Program-made: the position numbers and the translations under genes
Shown: positions 26,001 through 39,400 of the stretch, piece by piece
Layout: every line of letters begins with the position of its first letter
Position numbering within the stretch: the stretch's first letter is position 1
Source: Sphagnum compactum
Lineage: Eukaryota
Direction: 5' to 3'
NCBI GenBank assembly: GCA_965153455.1
Contig: OZ234493.1
Span: 24,294,213-24,358,212 of the forward strand
Length of the DNA stretch: 64,000 bases
Notes under the pieces: generated by a model
The model's database searches: none
The model's input: the letters and a program-made list of their open reading frames with translations, nothing else
Told to the model about the DNA's origin: nothing

Positions 26001-26368
26001 TGCTGAGGAGAAGGCGGCTCCACTTTCTTTGACATTTGCCACCAGAAGCCTGTTGAGAGACCCACTATGAAAATGACTGTGATACTAACTATTGTTCGGA
26101 ACATATCAATTGCCATTACCAATTTTGCAAGCTTTGAAACCTCAGTTTGCATGCCTGCTGATGCCATAGGCATTTGCACTGCGCACACGTCAGATGAGAG
26201 GTTGTCAGGAGTCATACTTATTGCTTCTGGTTGCCCTCCCTGAACCTCCCAGAACATAACAAACATGATCATCAGCATGATCATGGACCAAGCTTTCAGC
26301 ATGATGGTAACTTTGATTTGCAGCCCCCAGTCATACTTCCCCTTGCTCCCTTTCTTTCTAAATCTCAT
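23024..26368 (-). CDS. RLK/Pelle-family receptor-like Ser/Thr kinase with short ectodomain, one TM helix and an unrecognised C-terminal domain; ~667 aa
   Basis: Exons (minus) 26368-24962, 24291-24203, 23883-23499, 23146-23024 with junction phases 0/2/0, ending ...KSLANLAPR*. Kinase motifs: GKGGQGTVY, AVKKL, HRDIKPSN (RD type), DFG, GTPGYVDPDY, DVYSYGVVLLEL, RPSM. Signal-like MLKAWSMIMLMIMFVMFWEVQG and TM IVSITVIFIVGLSTGFWW. Kinase exon certain; downstream exon chain inferred from splice signals and phase. Confidence 0.9.
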
Positions 26369-29300
26369 TCTTCTTTCTTCTTCTTCTTTGTGCTCCTCAA
26401 AATACAGGCAAGAGCCTGAAGAAACTCTAAAGATTTTCAAAGCTGTGAAGTAGACTGCAAGAAGCCTTTTGATCTCTCAAGCTGTCTTGAACTCCCTGCA
26501 AGTACATTGAGCAACCAACCCTAGACAACATTAGGTAACAAGATTCCCCTCTTTCTGGAAAAGTTTCGCCAGGCTACTTGATTTGGCTATACTTAGCTTC
26601 CCGCTACAACAATGAGAAAAGTTTGTGAATATCTCAGAAAACCCAATAACAAGAGCACCTGCCCCTTTACTCCCTGTCTGTGTCTCTGTGTCTAGAAATA
26701 CTCCAGAAGAGCAGAGAGCATGTCAGTGCCTAATCTCAACCCTCCTTTTGCTGCTGGCCACGCAGTTGTTGAACGTGCACTTTTGCGAAAGTTTGGAGGG
26801 TTCATGTACAGGAAAGTTAACAACAAAGAGAGGGACGGAGAGGAGAATTCCCACAGCACTTCCAGAATGAGGTTTCTCAAGCTTCTCAGCTAGGTCTGAG
26901 CTTCTTAGCTAGGTCTGAACTTCTCAGCTGCAGGCACAACAGGAACAGGCAAAGCATTGAAGCTTCAAGAACAAAGGTAGGTATAGCGGGGTTCTTACCT
27001 CGGTCTCAAGGCTCTTCGACTCATCCTCCGACTGGCCAAGGAATGTCTAAGGCGCCGAAGCTGGCAGCTGCTCCTTTTTCTCGATTCGCTCACTTGCATG
27101 GATGAGCGATATGGTGTGAAAAGTCTGGAGGAGCTTCTGCGACGGGATGTTTTGAACTGCGACAGAGATTTCACCAGTCTGTCTGTGCAGCAGAAGGTTG
27201 TCGAATCAATTCCGGGTATTCTTCCGTCTGCGGCAGTTTCTTCAAAATCGCCTGAATACTTCCGCAAGCAGAATTTGCACACTAACACTCTCCTCCTTCT
27301 TAAACTTCAGCTTCAGCAAACTTCAATCCGCACACTCTCTTTCACACAAACACAGGATTGAAACAGAAACTTAAGTCCACACACGAACTGCGACCAAATC
27401 CTGACACTACCGAAAATTCGTAATACACGTGCGCTGCTGGAAATAACTGCAAATACACCTCAAGGCGCCAGAATAGGTGGCGGCAGGAGCAGATTGAAAA
27501 TCAGAAAAAACAAAAAAACCGAAAAAAACCGAAAAAACGAAACGAAACGAAAACAGAACAACCAGAAAAATGTTCAGTTCCTAAAGCTTCGTCTACCTAA
27601 ACAGTAAGATCACTCCACAGAACCGTAACACAAAACACAAACAAGTCACCAAAACCTTGGTTAAATGTCTATTAATCCCCCCCGCCCCCCTCCCCCCCAC
27701 AGAAAACAAAAGAAAACAAATTTCAGTAGCAGCCACAGAGGAGGAAGAAAAAACTGGAAAAACCTTGCAACAACAACAAGAACAACACTAGTTCGAATGC
27801 TCTATGAAAGCACACACAAAACAAAATGCCACGGACAAAAGACACACACACACACACAAACCAAACAAAACACTCAAAACGGGTTCACAAAAGATGGTTT
27901 TCGCTTGTGTTTTTTATCAGTTCAAAAATCCTCCAGCTAGTCCTTCTTCTCCTCTTGTTCTTACTCCGAGGTCTGGTCCGCCTTCTCCTCGTCTTCCTAC
28001 TCCATTTTGTTTCCAGACTCCTGCAACACACAGTCAGTCAGTACAGGAGAGAGAGAGAAGAGAGAGAAAGCGCTCCGGGAAACCAGCTCCGCGAACAACA
28101 ACACAGTGCAAGGGGAAACGGGCAAACACACAAAACCCGCAGCGGAGACACCAAGACGATAGTCTCGAGATCGGAGCCCAGGCCCCAAACTAGTCAAAAA
28201 TAATAATATTATTATATTTTCAGAAAGGTTGAAATTTTTCACTGGAATTTTTTTTTTCCCAATATGAAATAAAATATTGTGAAAGAAAATCTATTTAACA
28301 TCATCATTTATTTGTCAAAGTGAAACTTTGAAAATTAATTCAAACTATTCCACAAAACGTGTTCATAGTTCGCAAGGTACTATGGTAGTATATAATTAAA
28401 ATCCCACCCCCGCCCCCCCCCTCCTCCCCATACAAGGTTTTCAGATTTGTCCAAAAAAACGTTTCTAAATTCACATGGGACATTAGTCAAAGACTCTTGA
28501 TTAGGCCATTTACAATTCCCATGTCATGCGGTAGAACTTTGGCAGCTTTAGGCACATGTTTTTCCAATAGTTAATTAATTTTTAAATTTTCCATTTTAAC
28601 AAAGAGAATATTCCTAAAATTTGAATCTTTTCTTTCTTTCACATTTTTTTTTATTTCGAAAAAAAAAATTTCAATATTTCAACGTTTTTGGAAATAAAAT
28701 AATTAGTGTCAAGGTAGTATGTAACTTATTGCGATTATTTTCTTTTTTTAAAAAATTATTATGAATAACTACATAATCCCCCCCCCCCTACATACTTTTC
28801 ACTTCAAGTTATTCAATCTTACCAACATCCATATTATTATCATCATGTTGTATGATTTTGGATGAGGTTAGTTTTACCCCCAAAAAATAATTAAATAATT
28901 GTATGGAGATTTTTTTGACACCACTTCCTTTGAGGGAAGGCAGTGGCAGGGTTTTTTAATTAATTAATTAATTATTTTCAATTTATGATGTAGCCTTCAA
29001 ACAAGGGCAAAAAAGAGAGTTCTATTCAATAGTGGGTCCATTGTTTGGACTAAAGAAAATTGTGCTTGGGTCTCTTGGTTCAACACACATGCTCGTGAAT
29101 TAGCATCCACAAAATTTCTTTTCATGCACGGCAAGAAAAGTTTTGTCACGGGAGGTGGTGCAATTTATGAGGAAGAATCTCATCTCATGTGTGTGCGTAA
29201 GCACCAACTTTTGCATGTTACAAAGATTGAGTCACTCACTCCCTGGCATCATCTCCTTCTCATGTGTGCAACTGGGTTACCTTCAAGTGGTCCCAGCCTC

Positions 29301-32030
29301 CATGCAGTAATTTTTTTTTCAACAAAAAAAATTTTATCATTATTTTTTTACCAAAAAGTTTTTTTAGAGAAACATCTTGGGTATATATATGTGTTTTCTT
29401 TAGTGCTATTTTTTTTTTGGGAAAATTTTGACAAATTTTTAATATTACAAAGTTGCAAAGAAAACCCTGGTAGGTAGTCAGTGCCTTTTTTTCTTTTTTT
29501 TCTTTTTTACAATTTTTGATGTTGCTCGCATAATATTTAGCCAAATTTGGCGACCTTAAGAATATGATTTTTGGCGAATTTTTTTTTTCCAAAAGCAGGG
29601 AATTTGTGAAAGAATATTCCTTTTTTTCCAAAATCTTTTTCACAAACTGACAAATAAAATCACTAAATGCCAGTCGTAAGTCTTGTGGTCCTGAGTGTCA
29701 TTCAAGTTCATTAAATATTATGTACGAATAATATCTGCCGCGATTGTATTTTATTATGGTCCTAAAAAATCATCATATCCTAGCTTGAGTCTTGACCCGT
29801 CTCTCATTCATTGTTGGGAGTTGTTTCCTTGTGAACTTCCACAAATTCTCTTTGAATATACTTTCATGAATTGGCAGCCATCCTTCAACCTCAACTTTTG
29901 ATGTATATGTGAAAAGCAAGCACTAGGAGAAGCTTCCTTTTAGCACGAAGGAGGAAACTTTTATATCCATGAAAAGATCTCACTTAGAAAAAACGAGGGG
30001 ATCCTAGGCCTACTACACACACCTTAAGAGTGGGAGGTAGGATCTTACACCTATGAAATAGGCAGAATTTCCCACCTACAAACCTCCTCCTCCTCCTCAA
30101 ACTTTGGTATTGTTCACTTTGTGCTTCACAATGGGTAAAGTCTACAGGTCGTAGGACATTCCCCAAATGCAAAAGCCAAACTTCACTACCGCCTCATCCT
30201 AGGGCCCTCTTTTTGCTCCCACCCCGGGGCTTTTACCTTACACTTAATTAATATATACATGCATAAAAAGGTTGAATGTATCATAAACTTATAACTCTTG
30301 AGGGTTGTTAGTTGTGACTACGTGGTCAAAGTTGGCATGAGACATGCACGAAGATATAAGCATTAGAAAACAAATATATTAAAGCATGTGGGACTTTGAC
30401 CATACTATGGATAGTGGAACAGGCCAAATGCGACTAGCATGTCATATTGCCTTCTACAAACAAATCTCAATGGGTGGTGCTATTATTGTAAAAGGAGCCT
30501 TGATAGTTGTGACAATTGGCTTATGCAAATGAAGGGCGAGGGGGAAGAGGCCCAAAATTCAATCAATTTGCCAATCATAAATCACCACTCAAACTAACTA
30601 GATTGTACTCTTGGGTGCTTTCTAACATTTTCCCATTCATGGGTGCTTTCTTTTTATGAAGTTTGGGAGGGTTTCATCATTCTAACATTCAATAACAGGT
30701 CAACAAACATGCCAAATTAGCTTATAGTGGGGTTTGGGAGATCCAACTAGTAGTATCTTTACCCACCTTGTACATATCATCTGGCCTTGGTCCTTCTATT
30801 CTACTATGGGCCTCTTCTTTTCATCTTTAAAATAAGAGAACAAAATGGCATCAATTAACAAATTGAACAATTTCATTACATGGTTGCAGAGTATTGTCAA
30901 ACAAAAATAACCTAACCTCACCTCACCAAAATGAACACATTTGCTTTGATTAACTAATGCAAAGCTCCATAAAATGGCTTTTGATTGTAACACAAAGACC
31001 TATATATATATATATATATATATATATGAGTGGTCAAGGGTAAAGTGGGTTGAATAGGTATACCATATGTCATATGAACTCTTGAATGAAATACCTCAAA
31101 CCAATTGTGTATGTATATATATATGTGGGCTTGGGTGACCAACTCACAATCATGGTACTACCAAATGTTAAGAAGGGAGAGCAAAGTGTCCCATGCTTTA
31201 GGGAAAGTGATCAATCATGCTAAACTTTGGAGAGCATGATCAATCATCATGAGATCATTGAATTGAGATCAAACAATTGTCTAGATAATCATCATGAGAT
31301 CAAACAATTGTCAGTTGCCAGGCCTTTACTACCCAACCAAACCACCCCAAATAAAATAAATAAACATATAAATAAATAAATAACCCAGAAAAACAAGGCC
31401 AGCAATTCAAACAGGGGCATGGTTTTTTTTTTCTTTCTTTCTTTTTTTTTCAAAATTTTCAATATCAAACATTTGGTAAATTTTTCCAAAAATTTAGGAT
31501 AATTCATCTAATTTACACTAGAAAAAATCAAACATTTTAGGCCCACGGTCGTGTCATGGAGACCACCTATTGTCCCACTGCAAAAAAGGAATTTTCCGAT
31601 TTTTTAAAATTATTTTTTTAATTATCCTTTTTTGGACTGATACCGATCAAAAATATTTTATTTGGGGGGGGGGGGGAGACGGCGCCAGTAAATCGCGGTC
31701 TCCACCCCCAGATCTAACGGCCACAGTTAATTTGGCGGCTACCGCTAGTCTCCTCCCCCAGGGACACTAGGGTCATGGGTATCAAACTTTTGTTTTCTTT
31801 TCTTTTGGGGACAAAATTGAAGGGCCCCCCTCGCCTATGTACTCTCCCTTCTGTCCTTTTGCCAGAAGATATAAACTTTTTTGTTTTTTTTTTTTTTTTG
31901 CATTTAATGGCGACCCAGAAAACCAGCCATCCGCACCTATCACCGAATAATTTCCAATATTGTCCTGACTCATTAACAAAATTGAACAATTTTTTTGTCA
32001 TTGGATGCACAAACTGGATGGCTACAAATG

Positions 32031-33475
32031 TGATGCAACCCTGCAAAACATTATTGATAGACATACCGTAGATTAGGAAAACGTGCAAAGGGATAATAAA
32101 AAGGAAAGGAAAGAATTTACAAGATGTCAAGTTAGCTCAACTAGATGTCAAAATCTATCCATGTCAAAAATCAATCGCTTATAATAGGTTGGTGATATTT
32201 TCCCATATAAAAAATCGGTCACTTGCAATAAGTCGGCCATGGAGATGGGAGGTGTGTCTTGAAGGGGTGGAAGTTGAGAAGTACCTAAGCCTATGGCTAC
32301 CACCCAACTTAAAATGGAGGATGCTTGCAACCTTTGTAATGTGACTGAAATTTTTTGTCAAAGAAAAGTAACCAAAACAAAAAAAAGGAAGGCCTTCTAG
32401 TCCTTTCAATCTTCAAATGGCATTGGCACATTTGTGTAAAAACACATCAGCCTGCTTATGTAAACATCCAAATACCTCCATTGCTAAGGGGAGGAATTGA
32501 TCGATAGGGGACAGGTCACAATAGTTATGTTCTTTGGCTTGAGTTACATGGGAAGCAACAAATCCTTGGGTGGCGCAAGATTGGGGAAGTGAATCCGCTT
32601 ATGTTGGGTCGGCAATGACAATGTTGACTATGGTTCAAATGCCATTTTGGTGGGCACAATGTGAACTTATCAACAAGAGGAGTTGAACTTGTTTGAAATA
32701 AGCACATGTAGTTGTTTTCGCCCCATCTAGATGCCAACATTTTACGCAATGGCAATAAAGGTCTCGCGAACTCCATCATGGGTTCCTATGCGCTCATTGC
32801 CATGAACACAACGTAAAAGGTGGATGGGATGTGTGCACACACATCAAGGGATACTTGTAATTGAGGGATGGGGCAGTCCAAGTCATATTCAAAGTGTTAT
32901 GGAAAATATTGGGGAAGTTAATCAAAAGCTTGAGAAGATTGGTCGAATTATAAACCAAATAGTTGCCATTGGGCCAAAACATGATAAAATTCAAGCATGA
33001 TGGGCTTTAGATGTCCCGTCGGAAAACATGTTGAGAAGAGTGTGATGGTGAAAACGTTCCAAAATGGATTCTTGAAGTCGAATCATTTGTTGTTTAATGA
33101 ACTATTCAAACTGAAAAAGACATGCGCGAGCTGGAAGCAATAGGACATCACATGTTGCCTTAAAATGTTGATGGAAAGGAGGGTGTTATTGTCGACTCGT
33201 GTTAAGGTTTCAAGAAAGAAGGGACATTAATCAACCATAAAGCTAACAATTATGATTGAAGCTACAACGGCCCAACACCTTAAATAGATTATTACAGCAA
33301 TGGTGGCCATCGATATGAGCCCAATGCCATTTAAAGTTATTAAGATGAATATTTGTTTATGGACTAAAGGTCCCTCTGGGTTGTTAAAGGATCTTGGACC
33401 CAAGAAATGCCTAAACACTTGAAAGAAGGAGTTAAAAGAAATGAAGGGCTCTATGAAAGCAGAAAAGAGGTAGGA
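32031..33475 (-). mobile_element. Second, 5'-truncated copy of the RLE-type non-LTR retrotransposon
   Basis: Reverse complement is collinear with ~17730-19181 (FQVFRHFLGPRSFNNPEGPLVHKQ vs FGHFLGSGSFDSLEGPLSRKQ; CVHTSH; LQRLQASSILSWVVAIGL). Shares the 3' end ...GTTTTGCAGGGTTRCATCA. Confidence 0.8.
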
Positions 33476-36400
33476 ATCTGCATAACCTAGGTACATTAAT
33501 TTAATATTCCTTGAAGTTCCTAGTCAATAAAAATGTTTTAACTTGAATAAAAAAATTGTAGATTAAAAAATGGGAAGTGTCATTGCTTATAACATGATCA
33601 CAATTCAATTGGCTATGAATGTACAAAGTTTTTACATCTTTTTTCATGCTAAAAATTATAATCCAAACATAAGTACAAAACGTAGATTTTAACATCAAGT
33701 CAAGAACCATTTTTCAAATTTACAGTACTATTTTATTTTCCGAATAAAATATGTACATTGAAAAAGTGACATATCATCAAATAAAAAGATGTTCATCTTT
33801 TTCATTTCCTTTATCTAATCTAATAGATTGGGTCATAAGAAGGACGTCAGGCCCAAAAAAGATTATATCCAATGCATTTGTATTAAATTTGAAAACAGGT
33901 ATCAATTCCTTCTCTTGTTTATTAGCTCAATACCTTTTTTAAATATTGTACTTCACTTACAAGTAAAAATGCATATCAAACAATTGACACTCCATGGCAT
34001 CACTCCTTATTCTATACAAAAACATATGTGCATGTTGTTTATATATTCTACAAGGGTTGATGATTGTCCTACATAAACATGTCTTATGTCTTTGAATAAA
34101 CACCGCAATCATCTTAATATCTTTGAAATCTTCTAAACTTGAAATATATTGTTTTAAAAATTTCCAAAATTTCTTGCAAGTGATGGTTTGTTGTTTTTTC
34201 CCCATCACGTGGATGTTGAACTTGTCCCTATAAAATAAATGGTTGGTATTCTGAAATTTTCCTTATTTGTTTTTTTTTGTTCATGTTTTCTATCAAACTA
34301 ATTACCTAGTCAAATGGCAAACCTAACCACGTATTGATGTTGGAAATATCAAAATATGAATAGAACTTGTGCATTTGGAAAGGCATTATGTATTGTCTAA
34401 CCATATTTTTCAACATTTTTTCCCTTTTATAGTTGGTGATATTATATTTAAATTTTCCTTGCATTCCAATCCAAAAACATCCATCAAAATCTTGATATGT
34501 TGTGCAATATAAAACATTTATGCTTATGTAACAATTGTTGATAGATTTACATTTTCTGTTTAACATGAATTAAACTAGATTGGTAAATTTAATACATGGG
34601 CAAGGTAACACTCCATGTTTTCTTTGAAATATAGTTTTGTTATGAGGATATTGTGACATAAGTCATTGATTTCACCCACATTTTTGAATGCAAATGGTGT
34701 CTTGAAATCTTTGAAGCCATAAACAACTAGCAATTTTGATTATGTTTTAATTGAATAGTACATTTTCTTGACTTTGGGTTTTTTCAAATCCTTGTCTAAA
34801 TTTTGAAACATGTTGGTCTTCAGTTTGAAAGTAATTATTTATAGACCATTTTGTTTGCAACATTATCTGTCATTGTTCTGCATTTGTAAAAAGACATAAA
34901 TGTAAATATGTAAATGTGGACCTTGAAATTCATAAATCAAATGTGTTGAAAAATGAGACATGTATGTATACCTACCAATTATTTGGGATTTTTTATTCAA
35001 CCACTTGGTTTTCTTTATAATGTTATAATCACCATTCAATTTGTGGTCAATTAATCCACCAATCCACAAGATGTTGAATAGAAATAGAAGTGAGAATCAA
35101 AGAGGTTATAAAAGATTTTGCAAGGGTGAACAATGACAATGTTTGTTTGTCATTGTTGTTACAATTGCAGCAACATTCTAATATGGCTTGTTAACCAAAT
35201 TTAGGTTCTTCATGAAAATTTTGTCAATAGATACTTTGATATGAAACTACACCAAATGAAAATCTCAAAAAACATATGTTTGGTATAACATTTGAGTCTA
35301 ATGAAGAAAAAACAACATGATGCATCATAAATAAACAAATAGTTGTTACTATTACTGCATAATACATATCAATACATGTGTTTGAACCTTAAACCCCAAA
35401 CCTAGATGCAAATGAAACTATAATATCTACATTGAAGCATTTATTTGCAATTTTGCTTAAAAGAATAAGTTGAAGAACCAAACACAACAAAAAACCTAAT
35501 AAAACTTCAAATTCATATGTAGATGGCCAAGTGGGAATGTTGGCATGAATATGTTCCATTTAAAGTTAATGCACAACAAATAATAATTTAGGCATATAAT
35601 ACAAAAAGTTATCAAATGTGTGTTTATAATCATGTAATTTTTGCAACTTGACACTAATATTAGATTTGAGCTTGACCATAAGGACTTCATTAACAATGAT
35701 TTGGGTAACATTTTTGCAAACTTGATATGTTACTATGGCTTGCATGCAAGGCCACATGTTGTAGTTAAGGGCTATTGTTCATGACCAGGACTTACAAGTA
35801 TATTCAGGAAGTTATGGTTTTGAAAGGTGTGAACTATATTTAGGTTCATGTGATATTAAAGGATGTGTTGCAAAACAATTTGTTTGTTCTACAAAAGTGG
35901 AGATAATGCATATGTTGTTATAGTCATGAAATTAGAATGTCTTTGAAATGCCCCAAAGATAGGGCAAAAAGGTGGAACCACAACAAGAGATTGTATCTTT
36001 GGATTTTGTATTGACATGTAACCCATCCACAAATCATGATGAAGACGTCATTTTTTAGTAGGTGTAAAAGTTGTTTGTTGTTGAGGTTGGATGTTTGGTG
36101 CAGGTGATTTGATGTTTGCAAATGGTTGGGTAGCGATTCCCTCCTTCTATGAAAATTAGGTTGCCACCAAAGTCCATATGGTAGTTAGTTCTCCTTTGTA
36201 GCAATGAAAACAACCAAGATTTTTTAAAGAATGTTTCTATGGTCTATTTTCAATTATAAGCAAGAGTTTTTTACAAAATCTTGAACATGACAACATGCCA
36301 AAGAATATTCAATGGTCTTGGGAAACTTTAGGGCAAGGGGTAAGCTTGCCATGTTGTTAATTGTAATCCTTGAAGTTTGAACTTTTTTAGAACATTCCTA

Positions 36401-39400
36401 ATCAACAACAAAGTCCACATACAACAAAAACTCCAACACAATTGTGGATTATGAATCAATTTCATTTTTGTTTGTAGTACTTGCACTTAAATGGTGATGA
36501 ATTGTGAATAGGCAATGAAAACCCTAATGCCATGTAATGTGTATTGCCCTAGAACTATGATGTACAAAAGGCAATTGATGCTTCATAATACTTTCACAAT
36601 GGAAATTTGATGCACAACAAAATTGATATATGCTTGCATCACAAAAGTTGTTGGAATGCACATGTTTTGTTAAAGTTTTCCACAAAGAATGCCCTTGAGT
36701 AAAGCCATATTGATTTGCATGCTACAAAATATGTTAAAGTTTGCAATAACCAATAACATTCTTGAACTTTTTTTGTTTTGCTTTCAAATAGGTCTTTGGT
36801 TCATATTGTCAATGAGTCAGAAAATGGTTTAAGTTTTCTCCTAAATTGTTTAGTTGGTAAAAAATTTGTGATTCAAATTTACATGTTGCTAGATGTAGCA
36901 ATTAAATTCTTGTGTTGTGTGTATTGTATTAGACTATGTCTTTTCCTCTAAATGGTGGGTGCAAATGAGTTCAAACAAGCCAAAATTGATGTCAAAATGT
37001 CAACTTTCTAACAATTCTTATTACATTTGTCTATGCGGTGCCACTTTAACGACATGTGAATCATGGAAAGTTGTGCTTATTGAATAATATGGATATTGAA
37101 AAATCTAAAATGAATCAAACAAAATTCTGGTATCAAATATTGGTTTGAATAAAGGATGTTTAACAACTTCCTTCAATGACACTACTTTCATAAAGGGCCT
37201 TTTAATTTTCATAATATAATTTATTTCATCCTCAATGTTTTTATATTAATAGGGTAATATTAGACACATCTAAAAAACACTCGAATTTTTGTATTTTTTT
37301 GATTTTGTGTTTATCAAAAATTAAGGTTTAAAAAAATTTCATGAATCCTTTTCAACATGTAAATGTGATGCAATGTATATGTTGTTTATAGAAAGCTTGT
37401 AGCTTATAACATAAAAAATTAAACTTGAAAGTGTTAACATGTTTTAGTATGATTTGAAATTATGACAAATTTTCAAGACGAAACACAAAATCAAGCAAAA
37501 TTTATGCACTTTCAAAAATTTGTATTTATCTAAATTTGATTGTTAAAAATAAATGACACATTGGGGCAACTATAAATATAATATATAAAAAGTTTCAAAA
37601 AAATCATTTGAAAATTCCTCTCAAGGAAAACATGTTTTTTGGAAAAAAAGACTCCAAAAAGGTCAATAGTCCTAAATGCAAAGTAAACACATTGGTTCAT
37701 TGTATGTCATTTGCACCCTGGTAGATAATACTCATTTTAAAATATTATATTATGTTCCAAAGCCAAATTCATTGTTTTGACGAATGTTGTGTAGTTATTT
37801 GAATTTTCAAAGAATCATTTAATTTTGGTTTTTCTAATATTTCAAATTCAGAAAACTATGGGCTTTGGTTTTTTGAAATAAAATCAAAATCAAAGAATCA
37901 CTAGTTTTGGTTATGTCAAAAACCTTAAGAACCTGGTCATTTCTTATTTCATTAACAGTGTATGCACTCTAAGCTGGTGGTTCATTTTTGGCGGATATTT
38001 CATTCTTTGAAAGTCCATATGGTAATGTTAAAATGGCAGTCTATTTTGATATCATTAATTTAGTGGGTCCAATTACATGGTGGTTAATGAACTAAAAAAC
38101 CCATATGAAGAATAGTGATTTTAAACAATTCTTTATATGTTCATGCTAAGAAAATAAAACTTGAAATCCACCCAAAAATGATTGTGTACGGACTTATGAA
38201 AATATGGCTCATTTTAAGCCATTCAAAAGTTCATAACTTTTTTTTCATTAATTTTTTTTAGCAATTGTTTTGCACATTTTTAAAAAAAAAAGACATAACA
38301 TATATTGAATCCATATAATATATCCCAAATAAAATTCATACACAAAAATGCATGTGTATAAAGGCACAAACAATAAACCAATTCGTATATTTCAACTTCA
38401 AAAGTCCATTACTATATATTTGGTGTATATATGTCATAACTTTTTTAATAAATGTTTTCTTCTTCAAATTGATAATTTAAATTTAGCCACAAGATTGAAA
38501 AATTTACTGTTTTTTTAAGCCATGTCAATAGCATGTAAATGCATGCAACTCTAAAAAAAACTATATTGCGACATAAAAAGTGAACCACCCTACCTTGCAA
38601 CCACCTTTCATTACTTATCACTCAAATTAGTCTTTGTGTTTCATTTCAAGTATGTATGTGTTAAGGAAGGAGAAACATAGACAATTTTTTTGGCTACATT
38701 TGTTCCTTGCACAATACAATATCAATACATTATGTGCAATATAAAAACTAAAAAAAGTTGAACTTCATTAACAAGAAAACTAATTACATAACAAATACAA
38801 CAACATTTTAGACAAACAAAATGGTTTCACACCATATAAAATGGCAACTGCCATGATGGCAACTTACAAAACTTGTAATAATGGAAAATGCATGTAACAT
38901 TGAAAATGTTTACATACCATTTAAGGAACTATAAATGGGTGAACGCATGGTACAATGGCTCAATACACTCCCTATAAGTTCATATAAGATTATTAAAAAT
39001 GATTCAAACGGACATGGTTGTTATTTTTTAAAATATAATTACTTTAATATTTGAATAATACATGTTCAATCACTTACAAACCTTCCCAAATCCATGCGAA
39101 AACTTGTATTTAATGTAAATGATGTCATTTTTAAAATTTGGAAATCCTAAAAGGAAAACCCACAAAGTCCAAAGGAATAATGCCCCATCTAAAGCTTTCA
39201 AAAAATATGTTTTTGGAACAAAGAAATTGAAAAAACAAACAAAAATTACAACTCATATGGACTTATGAAAATATGGTCAAATTTGAACCATTCAAAAGTC
39301 CTTTACTATTAAACAATTTTAAGGTATTCAAAGAAAACATTCCTCATGTGAGTTTATCACCTTGTGTTACATTATATAGTGAATCTCAATAACAAACTTG

